This document shows positions 34,236 through 49,200 of a DNA stretch of 64,000 nt, piece by piece (positions within the stretch are counted from its first letter, which is position 1; every line of letters begins with the position of its first letter). The stretch comes from Pseudogymnoascus verrucosus. Its lineage: Eukaryota. The stretch lies in NCBI GenBank assembly GCA_001662655.1, contig KV460225.1; one strand, written 5' to 3'. Made by a program: the position numbers and the translations under genes. The notes beneath the pieces are model-generated. The model saw nothing but the letters and a program-made list of their open reading frames with translations, was not told the DNA's origin and did not search any database.

Positions 34236-35762
34236 ATGAAGCTGGACGGAGCGCCCTCTATGAGGCGCTATGGAGTATCCAGATTCTATACGCGGCATCG
34301 ACTGGCGGTTTTGTTGGTGACGCTCTTATGCTTAGGTCTCATTGCGAAGCTACGCCAGCCAGCACGGCCACGAAACTGCCAAGGAGGAATCCCTCTGCCG
34401 CAAATACTGGCGCAACAGCGAAAGAGTGGTGCCACAGCAAACTTTGCGGCCACGACCGCAGGATGGAGGCCCGGCGCACGATGCGCCAATTACCCTCAGG
34501 ATGCGAGCTTGGTGATTGTGGTGAAGACGGGGGCGACAGAGGCCTTCTCGAAGCTGCCGACGTTGCTACTCACCTACCTCTCCTGCGTGCCACCCGAGAA
34601 CGTCCTCTTCTTCAGCGACATGGCGGGGACGATTGGCAACTTCGCCATACACGATTCTCTCGATACAGCGACGGCGGACGCCACAAAGGACAACCCCGAC
34701 TTCGACCTATACAATAACCAGAAGGAATTGCGCCAGCTAGGCCAGAATATGGACTCGCTGCGCAATGAGTGGAAGAGCGAGGCGGCGTGGCGGCTGGACA
34801 AATATAAGAATCTATACACGGCACAGAAAGCGTGGGATCTGGCGCCGGATCGCAATTGGTATCTTTATATCGACGCGGATACATATATCAGCTGGACGAA
34901 CTTGTTTCTGTGGCTTGCGACCCTTGATGCGACTAAGCCGCTCTACTTGGGCAGCCAGGTCGATGTTGGGAGGCCGCCATTCGCGCACGGCGGTAGTGGA
35001 TACTTGCTCAGCAAGCCTGCGATGCAGCTGCTTGTGGGAGACGACCGCAAGTCCTTAGCCAAGGAGTTTGATAAGAACGCCACGACGGCGTGTTGCGGCG
35101 ATCAAGAGTTGGGCAGAACTCTGTTTAAGAAAGGCCTAAAGGTGCAGAACGTGCGGCCGGTGATAAACGGAAAGAACCCCAGGGAGTTTAACTTTGGGCC
35201 CGAGCTGTGGTGCACGCCGGTTGCGACGATGCATCATGTGGGAAGTGAAGAGGTCCAGGACATGTGGGACTTTGAGAACCAGAGGAACTCGACCAAAGTA
35301 CCTCCACCCATGCGCCTTTCACACACATATTAGCAGACTAACAAACATCAGGAACCCCTACTAATGGAAGAACTCTACTATACCATGATTGCCTCCCTCA
35401 TGACCACCCCTCGTCGCGATGACTGGGACAACCAATCCCCCTTCGACCAGCTCCGTCCCGACCCCATCCTCACCCCCAACCACGTCGGCGACTTCGACTT
35501 CTTCCACCACGACCCCACCAAGTCGTACAACCACTGCCGCAAGGCCTGCCAGAAGGACAAAGACTGCTTCCAGTTCGTGTACTCTAAAGACTCGTGTAAG
35601 TTCGATACGGCGTTCACGCTGGGGAAACCGCGGTATCCGAAGAAGGCGGAGGATGGGGGAGAGGAGATCAGGTTCCAGTCGGGGTGGTTGGTGGAGAGGA
35701 TTCAGAAGTGGATTGCTCAGAACTCGCCGTGCCCCGGGCCGAACTGGGAGAAGGACCATTAA
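34236..35762 (+). CDS. Glycosyltransferase family 31 (fringe-like) protein with C-terminal PAN/Apple-like Cys domain
   Basis: N-terminal TM anchor, VVKTGATE, LDKYK, WYLYIDADTY, FAHGGSGY, CCGD, TMHH. Intron ~35298-35351. C-terminal CRKAC..CFQF..C. Confidence 0.88.
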
Positions 35763-36254
35763 GGGGACGCTCGTTTTGGGGGAGTTTTGGTTTGGTTTGG
35801 ATTTGGAGTGTATTGGGTGCGGTACGGTGTTTCGGGGAAGGGGTATTGTTACCATTTACATGCCATTTAAAGCCGAGGTAAGGGGCTGGCTGGAGCGATA
35901 TTTTGATCACTTTTGGCCGGGGGGTAGTGCCAGTGTATTATTGTTACAATGAGGTATCTGTGGAACTTTGGTTGGGAGAGGGAAAAATACTATTAATATA
36001 GAATATAATATAATATCATTGTAACAACTACCAGCTTGGTATGGCGTTGATAGAGACACAAGTACGCAGGCGCAGAAGCTGAAAATTCAAAAGAGATATC
36101 AATGCCATCTCCCTTTCTCCTCTCGTACCCTGCTTTGTTGGCACACAGACAGCAAATAACAAAGATAAAAAAACCCCTCCCCAATGTCTTTGCGCAAGAG
36201 TAGATTCATGACGTATGAATATAAAAGTTCCAAAAAAAGACAAAAAATAATTTT

Positions 36255-36359
36255 TGGAGTGGCAGGGGATCGAACCCTGGGCTTTTCGCATATAAGTATC
36301 ATGTTAATCCGAGGATTAGGTAATGCAAAGCGAACACTCTACCACTGAGTTACAACCCC
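36255..36359 (-). tRNA. tRNA-Ala(UGC) with a 33-nt intron (36291-36323)
   Basis: GGGGTTGTAACTCAGTGGTAGAGTGTTCGCTTTGCA[intron]TGCGAAAAGCCCAGGGTTCGATCCCCTGCCACTCCA. G3:U70 pair, intron after position 37, downstream oligo-T. Confidence 0.95.
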
Positions 36360-37202
36360 ATTTTTGATAACTGATGGAGTTTATTGTGCATGATAAGCCC
36401 TGTCCTCGCTAGTTCCCGCACCAAAATCAATCTTGAAGGGCCGTGTCGTCACGTCACCGTCTTGAGCTGTTCATGGGGACGACGGTGGAGGTTTCAAATG
36501 TAACAATTACAAACAAATGCTAGATATTATGTATTTCTCGTATAGCACCGCTAGAGTATTACTACAATAACTGAGCACTCCATTATCCACGTCAATTCCC
36601 ACATCCAAAAATGTTCACTCATCCACATCACATCACAAGCATCAAAACCCAGAAAATACGCTCAAGTCTTTTTCGACCCAAACCTCTATCTATCTACTGT
36701 ACAATCCGACATCCTCAGCCCAGCCTCGCGCGCACGTAGCCCCATATAAATCAAGCAACAGGTTCCGAATCGTAAGATCTCCACTTCTCACCATCCATCC
36801 CCCATCACCAACCGATACAGTTCCAAACTGCCCGCTCCAACCAAACCTCCGCCGAGCTCTCCATCCCATCCATTCAGAATGAGAAGAAAGAAGCCGCGAT
36901 TCATAAATGTACCTAACTAACCCCCAAGCTCCCCCTTCCCAAGCCCACTCCGCTCCTTCGCTATATTCGTATCACACACAACGCGCGCACGCCCCCGATC
37001 CCCCTTTCCCATTCCCAACGAAGAAAACAGCCAGCAAAAACAATTCGTGCATTTCTTGTGCGCCTTTGTAAATGCGTCGAGTTAAACGAAAACCAGGTCT
37101 CATGCCAAATTATGAAATAAAATAAAAAAATGTTTCTCCCTTCTTCCCGTGTTTTGTGACTGAGCGAAACTAAAAGTGCAAAAACGGACTATCTGGCTTT
37201 TC

Positions 37203-40200
37203 TTATGCGAAACCAAAGTACTCGCTTCCCGTCGTGATGGCCGTGAGGACCTGTTGGCGGAGCATTTCGTAGCTCTCGTACTCTGGGAGATCAAGCTCTG
37301 CATAAACTGTTAGTGTCCATCTATAGAAGGAATCGGTGAGGGGTAGTGGGACTTACGGTTAAAGCAAGTATGCGAAGTTGGTAGACGATCTTTGTTTCCA
37401 TAATCGCGATGGATGTTGAACCTGCTGAACCCATTCATGCCCTCAAGCTCCTTGAAGCCGTTGAGAGGAACCTTGGACGTGCCGGTAACGAACTGCAGCA
37501 TCTTAGCTCGCTCTTCCTTGTCAAAGGAGCGGATGGCGCGCCAGAACCATTGGATCTGCGGCGAGGAAGCGGTGTAGTTGTGGTACTCGGTGGTTGCCTT
37601 CCAGTCGTCGACATCGATCTCTGGAAGACCAGAGATGAGCAACTCGAGCTCTTGCTCGTTGAAGATTGCGACCAGCTCAGCGGGGATGATCTCGTGGAAG
37701 CCCTTGAGGAAATTGTCCAACTGCTCCTGGACCGATCCAGTGAGCTTGAACTCCACCATCAAGCGAACGTACTCATGCTTGTTCTCCTCCGTGACGGGGA
37801 CGTTGCGACCGTTCTCGATGAGATCGACAGTCTCGACAACACCAAACTTGTCATTGTCAACGGAGAAGGACTCGCTGATGATGTCGGTGATATCGTTCTC
37901 CAACATCCAGACAACGGACTTGTAGTAGTCGGGGTCGAGCGACTCCATATCCTTGACCGACACGGCCTTGCCGAGAATTCTCTTGTAGACTGCACGACTG
38001 AAATGGCAATCCAGGACTCGACCTTCGTAAAGGGCCTTTCCAATGACGCGACCGATGAACTTGAAGAACATAAGATGCTCGGGGTTGATGCTACTCGTCA
38101 AGTTGGGGTGGAACGTAGTCCTGTCGGAAGACACGGGGATAAACAGAGCGTACCCAGGGTCGAACATCTGTCTCGATAGCACCTGGAACCATTCACGAGT
38201 AACACCACCGGCATCCACTCCCTCCTCGCCATGGAATCGAATGCTCAGCTTGCCAAACTTCATCTCATCACCGCTCTTGAAGTACAGAGACTTGAAAGAG
38301 TCATGGAAAACCTGGTCACGACGGACCGAAAGCTGCAGCGACGGGTACGACTGGCGAGCCGGGTTGTTGCGGTTATGGATGCTCCTGTTGAAGTAGTTGC
38401 GCTTGTTGTCAAACTCCAACACCTTCGGGTTCTTCACCAGGAGCGAGAACGTCCCGCTCATGAGCTTGGGCGTGTTGCGAACAAGATCATTGAGAATCTT
38501 GCGGTGCTCCTCCGTAAAGGTGAAGAACAGGCTCTCCATGCGCGATTCCGGAACGGGGCTGGTAAGCATGTTATCCTTGCCACGAAGAGGCTGATCCTTC
38601 AGTGTCGTGTTCTTGCAAACCACCATCAGCGACTCGATCAATGGCAACAGAATAGTAGCCACATTGAGCATGTGATCGCGTTGTCTGATGGCGCTGAGGC
38701 AAGCGCTAAGCTTCTCCCACATAGGGCCAAAGGTAGAGTTCTCATAAAGCGTGGCTAGGAGATCTTGCTTCTCGGTATCGGCAGTCTCACTTCCTTCGGC
38801 TTCAGTCGTGGCGTCCTTTCTGGCATGCTTCGGATCAAAGAGATGGTCCAAAGCAGTGAGGACACGGAGCAACTTGTTCTGGTCTGATCCCGAAGGCGAG
38901 AACTTGGTAAGAGCTACACCCTGAAGTTCAGTGCTGTTTGAAGCCTTCTGAATCTGTGGGAAGAGCTCCTCGAGATCCAGGAGAATCACTTCACCAAGCT
39001 CTTGAGCTTTGGCGATGAGCTCCTTGCCAAAGACAGCCTTTGCACCTGGAAGGCACGAAAGGTTCTTGATGGTCGAAAGGGTCTCGCGGAAGGTCTTGGC
39101 GCTACACTCACGAGCAACGAAGATGTTGATCACGAGCTTGAGATTGGCATCCGGAACCACAGGTGGAACGAATGGTCGCACTTTCTTCTTCTCAGCCTCC
39201 TTAGTCTTGTCATCAGTCTTATCGCCATCGGCCTTTGGAGCGTCGGCGGTCGAAGAACCTGCCTCTGCTGGCGGATCTTCCGTAGTAGCCGGTTCTGGAC
39301 AATCGGTATCCATGTTCTCTCCTTGTTGCTCGGCAGGTCCCGCCTCACCTTCACCTTCACCCTCAGCGGGCTTCTCCGCGGCCTTCTCCTCGGCCTTCTT
39401 GGCAGCCTCCTCGGCCTCCTTCTGTTTACGTTCAAACGTCTGGAGTGGCGCCGTGATGCGGCTCAGCAGATCCGAGAGTGACTCCATAACAGGCGAGCTC
39501 TCCATGATCAACTTGCGATCCAACAAGATCAGGAGGGAGTTCAACGGGAACTTCAGCGCCTTGGTATCCTTGCCCTTGCCCTTTCGGCTTGCGTTGCGCT
39601 TGAGACCACTAACTGCGGATTCATGCTCCGTCAAGAAAAAGGACGGCACATGGAGGTTGACCTTGCAGAGGTAGATGAGTGCTCCAAGACATTGCTGGAC
39701 GACCATCAGTGGCGAGATATCCGAGTTAGGAACAGTTGTAAGAGCTGCCAATCCGGTCCCAGTGTTCTTCCTGCTAAGAGACAAAGGAGTCTTCGGGTCC
39801 TTATCTTTAGGTTGCTTGGCTCTCAAAGACAGATGCGCAAAGCTTCTCTCAACAGCCGTCATATCAGCGCTACCATCCTGCAGAATATGCAGAATCGTGC
39901 TAATAACCTCGCCTCTGTTATGGCGGTTCTCGGAGATATTCTGGAGGACCTGGTATAACGTGTTCCGCAAGCTGTCCTGCTGGAAGATAAACATCAGACG
40001 AAGTAAGGTAGCAACACCAGGCTTGTCGAGCATCTGAACAATGCTACGACGGACAGGCTTGACAATTTCGACCCCACTTGGAAGGCCTGGTCTCGCTCCT
40101 TCAAGCACGCGATTCAGACTGCGGAGCGGGTGACCGCCCATGGAAGCGCGTGCCTGTGCGATATACTCAGGAGGCAACTGAGCCAGCACATCCTCATCTT

Positions 40201-43200
40201 GCTCCGCAAGTACCTGGGCTCTCAAATCCGCAGGTAAGGTTGCCAGAATGCTCGCAGCATCCATTTCTTGCGGCACTGGAACCGGAGCTCCGTTAGCAGC
40301 AGCTTGACGACGGGCCTCATCGCGCTCGCGGCGGCGACGATCCTGTCTCTCTTGCTGGATAATCTCAGCGCGAATCTCATCTGGCAAGGCGTTGAGGAAT
40401 TCTTGATCGATCTCCGATGGCGGTGCGCCAGTAGCAGCAGCGTCTGAGCGGCGCTGAGCAATAGCTCCTGTGATGACTTCCTCTCGAAGCTCCTCTGGGA
40501 GAGCATCAAGGTAATCGAGATCAATTCCCAAATCCGTAATATCAAGAGTACCATCGCGGAATGGAATCGTCACGCGCGGCCTATCTTCAGCAGGTGCGCC
40601 TTCTCCCTCTCCGGCAGCAGCAGCCTCGCCGGACTCCACACCTTCCATTGGCTGGGCGTTCTCAGCTTCTTGGGGTTGCTCCTCAGCTGGGGGAGCAGCC
40701 GCCGCAGCAGCAGCAGCTTCCTCAGCTCTGGCTCTCTCTTCCGCCTCACGTTCCTCTGCTTCTTTCTTTTCCTTGGCAGCCTTCTCTTCGGCTTCCTTCG
40801 CCGCCTGCGCGGCCTTCTCCTCATCCTCTTTCCTCTTCTTCTCCTCAGCCTCCTTCTTCTCTTGGATTGCCTTCTTCTCCGCCTCAAGGGCAGCCGGGAC
40901 GACAACAGCCATGAGGCCCATAAGAACTCTCAAAGCCATATCCGGATGCCTAGGGCCAAACAGTAGTCTAGCCTCCTCGCTCCATCTAGTCGCCGTCAAT
41001 TGCGTAGTGAAAGTCGTAGCAGCGCCAGGTTCAGCAGCCCCTGGGCCTCGCTCGTGGCCGCGAGCCATCCCCGGTCTCATCCCACCAAACATGGCCTGGA
41101 ACTCTCGGGCATCGGCTCCACCAGGTCCGCCAGTAACATGGAAATGGAGGGCTCCGCCGTTTCGGCCGGCGGCTGGAATAGCGCCGCCTGGGAATGGTAG
41201 TTGAGTGAAGAGATCGTTGAGTATGGCGGCGGGTCCACCAGCCTCACCACCGAAAGGTCCGCGTCCCACGATGTTGAACAGGGCCTCGCGTCCGATGAAT
41301 GGTGTCGATCCCACAAGACCGGCGTCGCCGCGGGCACGATCGCCGCGCTGGAGGAGTGGGTTGGTACCGTCGTTGTTGTCGCGGGGAGTTGGGCCGGGTC
41401 GGTGCGAACGATAGGAACCGCGGTAGTAGTCACGCACTGCTTGTGGATTAGTTCTGTCATATGGATCTCCTGGGGGGAGTAGAAGGGGTAAAATTCTATG
41501 GGACATGATTTGCCGTATCGTAGCTTGGAGGCTATCCCAGCTATGTTGCAAATCCTGATATTCTGAAATTAAAGTAGAGTCAAACATACCACCTAGTGGG
41601 TCGCGGTGAGAAGCGAAAAAGTAGGGCGATGGCTGCGGTGCCGCGTGCGCCCGATGGCCTCGGTGTGAGATAATCATCGGAGGTTCTTGCTCGTCGTTCC
41701 ACTCAAAGGTAAATGGCATTCCTGGCTGGGCTACTGACAAAGTTAACATAATCTCGTAACAAATATCAGCGGTATACGTACGTTGGTACTCCTCGTACAT
41801 ATCCTCATCGTCATCCATCTCCTCTTCTTCCTCATCAACTTCATCTAGAATTAATTAGCATTGTGTCAATACTAGCTTTAGTCGGCCAGAATAGCATACC
41901 GTCTTCTTCATGGTCATCGTCCAGATACTCAATGTCCATATCTGGATCTCCACCACGCTCATCTTCAATGCGTTGCAGAAGATTATCGATTTCGCCATGG
42001 TGATGAGGATCCCCACCGAAAGCATGTACGAGACGACCCAACGGACCATGACCACCAGCATGCATTGCCTCTTCTTCCTCATCGGCAGCTATACCCTCGT
42101 AGCCCTCTTCCTCGTCTTCATCTTCGCTCTCCCAGTCCTCTTCATCGTCTAACTCGGCGAGTGGATGAGCGTTTCCTTCATTATCGATGATTTGGACGCG
42201 ATCATCTTCGTCATCCTCGTCCATATCATCGTCTTCATCTTCGTCATCCTCATCAGAAGATCCGCTCTCGTCGTCATCTTCATCGTCATCCATAATGACT
42301 TCGACGTCCATGCCATGGTCGCCATCAAGGCCTTCAATCTCACCCATTCCCTCAAGCTCCTCATCCTCGTCGCTGATGTTATCTTCATCATCTTCAATGG
42401 GACCATCTTCATACCCCTCCATCTCCTCTTCATATCCATCCTCATCATACATCTCCTCGTCATCTATTAAAATTAGTACTGTAATGGTAATTCGCAAAAC
42501 TAAGAAATCAAACTGACCATCTTCACCCTCAGACGACGACTCATGATCACGATCAGGCTCAAACATGCCCAGCGTAGAATTCCTAAACAAATCGGGGGTC
42601 TCCTCGCGATCGTCATCAGCGTCAGAAACGGACGACGCCGACTCGATTTCATCCTCATCATGCTGCCCAGGCGTCAAAGCCACCTTGCCAACCTCGCTCA
42701 ATTCAATAGCCGTCTGAGTAAGCGCCTTCAATGGACGAAGAATATGCTTAACAGCACGCTTGGCGCCGGGGAAGTTAAGGTCGATATCAGCAATAGACGC
42801 GGTCAGGGCGCCAATGTAGCCCTTCTCGAACATAATACGCTTGAGCTGCTGCTGCGAGCGGATGGTAACATTTGGATCCGATCCGCCGCCAATATTGTCC
42901 TTCCCAGCCATGATGTGGCTCATAAGATCAGCCAGCGACAACATACGGGAGTACTTGATGTCCAGGGACTCAGTCGAGGTGCTGGCTTCCCTGTACGCCT
43001 TGATGATATTCTCCAGGACAAACTTGCGGACAAAGAGCAAGTCAGGCTCGTCATCAGAGTCGGTATTGTCACGGTCCCTATCCAGGATCTGCTCGCCAGT
43101 CTTGCTCAGAAGCGCGGTAATTGTCGAATCCGCCCACGATGAAGTAGAAACCTTCTTGCGCATTGTCAATGACTCGGCATGGTCAAGGCTACCCGATGGA

Positions 43201-46200
43201 ATCAGGTCACAGAGCAGGTAATTGACGACATTTGATCGTGGCTTCGAAGGCGTCGCCGCGTGAGCTGGAGCATTTCTCTTGAAGTTGATGAACTCCACCT
43301 TGGTGCGGTTGTAGGAAGCCAACAGCTCGGTAAGACACTGAAGCAAGAAGCAGCGGTAGATGTAAATCGGATGCTCCTCTGCCTTGAATTCTGCCTTCTT
43401 CTTCGTCTCGGGCTTTGGGGGGGGGATTAGTGGTCTTATCTGAGGTGTATCAGAATTAGATGTCGATGATGAATCAGCGCCTGAAGAAGTGCTTGGCGTC
43501 GTGGTCTCAGGAGTGGTCTCTGCTGCCTTTTCTTTATCTTCTGCAGGTGCAGGAGGTGCAGCCTCCTTGTCTTCCACGTCTCTATAGTTCAAGAGCTCGC
43601 AGAGCAAGAAATAAATCACTCCATCGGGGTTCTCAACGATCGGCACCTTGTGCTCAACAGCCTTTGATCCCTCAGCAGCCTCTCCCTCGGCAGTCTCTGT
43701 GGACGGCTTGACATCTTCCATCGACAATTCCTCAGTAGGCTTCAATGTAGGCAAGACCGCATCCTCTGGCTTTCCCCTACGGGTACGCTTATATTTGTCT
43801 TGAAGCTCGATCTGTTGTCTACCTGGCTGGTCCGCCGTAGTCGTAGTCCACTTCACAAGCTTAACCATCTCATTGCTGACCTCCACAAACAGCTCTGGCT
43901 GCCTCACAACCAAGTTCGACATGCTGCGGAGATACAGCGTAATATCTGGGTGGCGCGAGCTTCTGCTCGAGTTGGGGTCAAGGAAGACCTTGATCTGCGA
44001 TCGCATAATCTGCTTGATAGTGTCGTCATCCTCTACAATGTGACGGAGAATAAGCATCAACGGGCTTTGAATGCGTGGTGTCGCTGCACCGGCAAGTTGC
44101 TTAGCCATGACGAACAAACGTTGAATGTTCTTCTTCTCGCCCATGGCCACAGCAATATGCCTAGTGCGGGTCAAGATAACCAGGATACGCATAACGGCCA
44201 AGGCAAGCGACTCATCCTTTCCAATGCGGGGAAGCATGTCCAGGATAGCTTCGAACAGAGTAGATCTATCCTCAGTAGATACGACCAATTCGGGTGCCTT
44301 AAGCACAGGCTGCTCAAGAGACGCAGTCTCACTCGTCGGGATCTTCCACTCAGTCTCTCTCGGCTCCGCATCGTCGCTAAGGAGGATCTCAACAATGAGC
44401 AGAATATGAGCCACCCAAGGTGAAGATTCCTCGGACTTGTGGTCAGGCGACAGCTTGACAAACTCAAGCAGGTTCCCGAGATTGGATTTCAGCTCATCAA
44501 GCGAAGCCTTGTAGAACTGGGGGTCCTGGAGCATAAGCGCAAGGAGGTGAGCGTATGAAGCGATCTTCTTCCCCACCTCGCGAACATCGTCACTGAGGAA
44601 CGAGGTCAAGGCAACCACCAGAGTACCACCCATAGTTGTGCGCATCTCTGCTTGCTCGGGCGACTTATCAATGACCGTGGTGATGAGATCGGCAATCTCA
44701 AAGGTGAACTCGCCATGTGCATTGATAACCTCGAGGCAGCGCTCGATAAGATTCGAGCGGATCTTCAATCGCTCGGCGTTCAGACGCTCGACCGTAGGGA
44801 TCTCAGGCTGGCTCTCCAAGGTCTTGTCTGACGAAGACGATGATGGCTGCTGGTTGGGAACTCGCTCCGGCAGATTAGTTTGCTCGCCGCCTCCTGAGAT
44901 GGCAGCGAATAGGTTGCCCGCCTCCGCATTCTCCAGTGTTCTATTCATATTCTCCAACAGCATCTGCTGTAAGTTAGGTGGTACTGATGCACGGGGTGCA
45001 AATTCTTCTGGGGACTGCGTGAACACCGGTGGCGGCACTCCATCATTGGGCGCTTCGCCTGCTCCGTTTCCTCCTTGTGCGGCACCCTGGTCTGGTGTGA
45101 TAGAGCCTGTAGATGGTCTTGTCTCGTGGCCAGGAGCATCCTCGGGACCAATGTTTGGGTCGATATCGTCTTTTCCGAATCTATTACGGCCACCGGATCT
45201 CTCGCTGAGTTGCGCCTTGCAGTACTCCAGTGCCGAGGAATAGCTGTTGTTGCAGCGGAACAAGGCCTCTATCGCCAACTCTTCGTCATATTCGGCGGCT
45301 TCGAGCTTGAGGAGGTTCTCTCTGTTGACTCTCCATTTCTTCTTCCCCTGCTTGGATGGCACGATCGCCTTGTCACTGTTTCTAAACGCGCCCTCCTCCA
45401 AATCGGTCTCCATAACATTGCGAATGATGTCGATGAGCTTGTTTGGGATGATCTTTGAGCCCTTCTCGACAATATCTGACTCCCAGAGCTTTTGAACGGC
45501 TGGCAAGATCGCCATGCGCACTTCAAGCACGAATTGGCCAGCCGAGAAGTAGTTCGGGCTGTTTCGATCTCTGTCGGATCGCGAGTGCAGCGTCGTGCTC
45601 TGGAAAGATTCGCCAACATTCTTTCCGGTTACGAGCGGACCGTAAAGTTCGAGGATATGCTTGATGCCCAAAGTAGCCAGGTCGTTTCTCAGAAGAAGGT
45701 CGACATCGTTGAAATTGACGGTCTTATCCGCATTGTTCCTCACTTCCGCATCGAAGAGCCCAAGCATGTGGTTAATCGTGTTAAATCCACCAGCCTTCAT
45801 GAATGCCTGAACGACAATGGTGATGCATTCCTGTGGCCTCTCAGCCGTCCTCGCATTATTGACAAGGATGTCCTTCACCGTCCGGAACATCAGGACCCAG
45901 AAGGTGTATGTTTCGCTTGAACTCTCGTCGCCCACCGATGTCAGCTCAGACAGAACGGTCTCAACAATTGCGTTTGCAATCGAAACGTTGCTCTGGCGTT
46001 GGAACGAGTCAGGGGTTCGCTTCGGAACAAGGCCCTTCCCAATAACTTGGAAGAAGATAGACATAGATATCGGCATCTTGCCAAGGAGGTAGTGTAGATT
46101 TTGGAAGTTCTTGAACTCGGGGCTATGCTTCTCTTCGGTGGTGAGTGTCTTAGTTTGGTTTACTTTGTGAATAGGGTTCTCAGCACCAGAAGAATCGGTC

Positions 46201-49200
46201 ACCAAGGTGGCCATTGGGGCAGTTCCCTGTGCTTCCGGCAGCAAGGAATGCAGTGCCTCCTCGGTAGAATCAATCGTTGGGATGAGTGGCTCAGGCGCAT
46301 CATTCATGAACATCTGGACTGATTGACGGCCAGCACGTCTCCAATGCCTCGGCGCAAGCCTCATCAACTTAAAATCCTCCTTGATACTAGCGGCGAGAAT
46401 AGCGCCAAGGCTCTTGACCAATCTAACGTAGTAGTCCGCGAGGTTCATAGAGCTGAAGCTCGAGGCCTGGTTGCGGCTGAAAATAGGAGAAGAAATGCAT
46501 TGGCGCAGCGCCATGCATAGATTCTGGGCCGTCACCATAGCCTCAACCAACGATGTCCCTCTCGCCAGTAGGATATTTTCAGTGCGATCATCAGATTGCT
46601 TGCAGCCATCGATGAACTTGCCAAAGTATGCCTCTCGACCTTGGTGCTGTGTGAAGGGCGCCAACGTATCTGCGGCAGCTTGCGCTCTCTTCATCAAGGA
46701 GGGTACAAGGATGTGTGCCTTCTGTTCCGCGAGGAGGGCAATAACTGTGTGCATATTTCTATGCGAACGCTCATCGGAAGGTGAGTTCGGCAGGACTGGC
46801 AGCTCGGCCAAATCCAGAATAGCCTCGACCCCACCATTCTCCATGAACAAGTTGCGTACGCCTGCGTTGTTGAACAGTTGAGTGAGGAAATTGGCAACAG
46901 CTGCAATGTATGGAGTCACACTGTTCTCGCGATCATCCTCGGCCAGGTTGACAGGCTTCGACACTTTCGATGGCTCAGCTGCCTCAGTAGAAACACCGGT
47001 CATCTCCACATCCGCGTCTGCGTCAATGGACTTGCCCTTTCCTTTGTCTTGGTCCGTCAAGAGGTTGCGATCAGCGACGACTACATCGCCATTTGCGTTG
47101 GTGACCAACAACTTCGCGCCAAGCTTCTCTGTCTCGGTCCTAGTCTTGCACAGGTAGCTCACTCTAGCAACCATATCCAGGACGGCATTTAAGATCGCGG
47201 TCTTGAGAGCTGGATGATGGCGGACCAGTTCGTCAAAGGTTGAGCCAAGGGAGGTAGCAAGATTGTTGGCGTCATTATCGAGCACCTTAACGTGAGCAGG
47301 GCTTTCAAAGATCTCAAAGAAGCTTTGAAGAGCGTTGGACTCCAAGAACATCTTCATGCCGGCATTATTCAAGCAGATGGCACCAAAGGCCTCCGGAACG
47401 ATAATGATAGCTTCGGATGAAGGCATGATACCGCGGGCGAGAGGGCCAGGCCGAGGAGTCTCAAGCATCTCCTTGGTTGGCGGATGGGGAGTTTCATCAA
47501 CGACAACTGAGAAAATACTATCGTCATCAGTGTGCGATGGAGAGCCTTCCTCGTTGGTCGACTCAGGTTGAGGCGCACCGTCCTTGGGCGCTGGAACAGT
47601 TATCTCGTGTCCCAAAACGGCCTCCAAGACGGCCTTGCTGAGACCAGCCTCGGCAATGATTGCAAAGCTAGTTGGTTCGTTGTTGATGAAATCATTCAGG
47701 ATGCTGACCGCATTTGTCCACACAGAGCTTCCGAAGATTTTTGCTTGGCTTATGATCTGTCGAAGGCTCCCAAGTAGTTGCGGTGAGTCAATCAAATTCC
47801 TAAGAAGACGGTCAAAGTTGCCACCATAACCGCCAGCCTGGTTCATCATGTGGTGAATGAACTTAAACAGCCATTTGATAGACTGCTGCTGGTAATATGG
47901 GATCTCGTAATCGATTGAAGGCGATCGGTAGTCCGCAGGCATACCCTCGGCCTGGCTTGCCACTGCCGTAGAAGACTGGACCTCGTGGACAATCAGATTC
48001 GAAATAGCATCAAGTCCGTCGGCATTCGCCAAGACTTGGAAGGCGTCCTTGACGTTAAATACGATAGCGTCAAGGAAGTTGAGAACTCGCGGGTAGCTGC
48101 CCTCAGCAACTGAGGTGCGCAGCGTCAGGACCTCGACCAGAATGGGGACGAGGCCGGCGGTGACCAACTCGTTTCCAGCCCGAGGAAGCGTGGCTACGTG
48201 TGAGAGAAGCGCAAATAACGCACTGTGCCACTCGTCATTTTCAGTGTGCTTGTCGCCAGGCTCATCAGTTGCCATTTCTGCAACCGCCTTTCGGACAATG
48301 TAAAGGAGAACTCCATGGTTCACATTCGTGTTTAATGCCGTGCACACATCCTGGTACTTGTGTGCGTGCTGAGCAAGACCTTCAAGGGCATTGACAGCGA
48401 TTGTTTGGAGAGACCTAGGGATTCCCAAGTCTCCTTGGGCAGGTGGGTGGATCAGCTCCGCCAGTTGGTAGATGAGCTGCAGGCGGCGTGGTTCGTCGCT
48501 ATCCTGCTTTAAGACCTTCTCCAAAAAGCTAGGCTCGGGGTAGATATAAGCCAGGTTGGTAACGGCTAAAAGACGGACGGCAAGCATCTGTCTGCGAGTA
48601 TCTAAGGAATGGGATAAGGCCTTCGCAACTCTTAATTTAGTGAGAAGCGTATATTTTGCTGCATCCGGTACACTTGGGAGGTACTCTTGGAGCAGCTCCT
48701 GGACAGAATGTTCGGAAACTTTGGACGCTGGGACGTCGATCACTTTAAGGTTAGAGGTCGCTTTCTCCTCAGCCTGCGCTGCGGCTGGCAACGTGGAAGA
48801 CCGACTTGGAGTTGCCGGAGCTTCTTCGGAAGCTGGAGTTCTGGGGGCTCGATTCCCATGTTGGTTGCCGAGCATCGATGTGCGTCGTACCGGAGTAGGT
48901 GTGACTGGTGCAGCCGGCGCAGTATGAGCTGTCGATTGTGGTGCCTCTTCCCCGCGTGCCTGAGACTCGTAGTATGAAATGCGCACATCGCCCCATTCAT
49001 TCCAGTCTACCTCCGCGGAAGTTTGTGACGATGTTGATGCAGCCTTCTTGCCCTTGGGGCTAGGATCAGGAAGCGTTCCGCTCCTCACAAGGGAAACCAG
49101 ATCATTCGCGTAGCTCTTGCTCGTAGTGGTCTTGCTGCCTGCTACAGGAATGCTGAAGTATGCCTTATCCTTGCCCTTCGCGTTCGGGGTGACGGGTGTG

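Noticed and set aside
41810..42540. Asp/Glu-rich low-complexity tract
   Set aside because: The acidic linker expected in Tom1/HUWE1.
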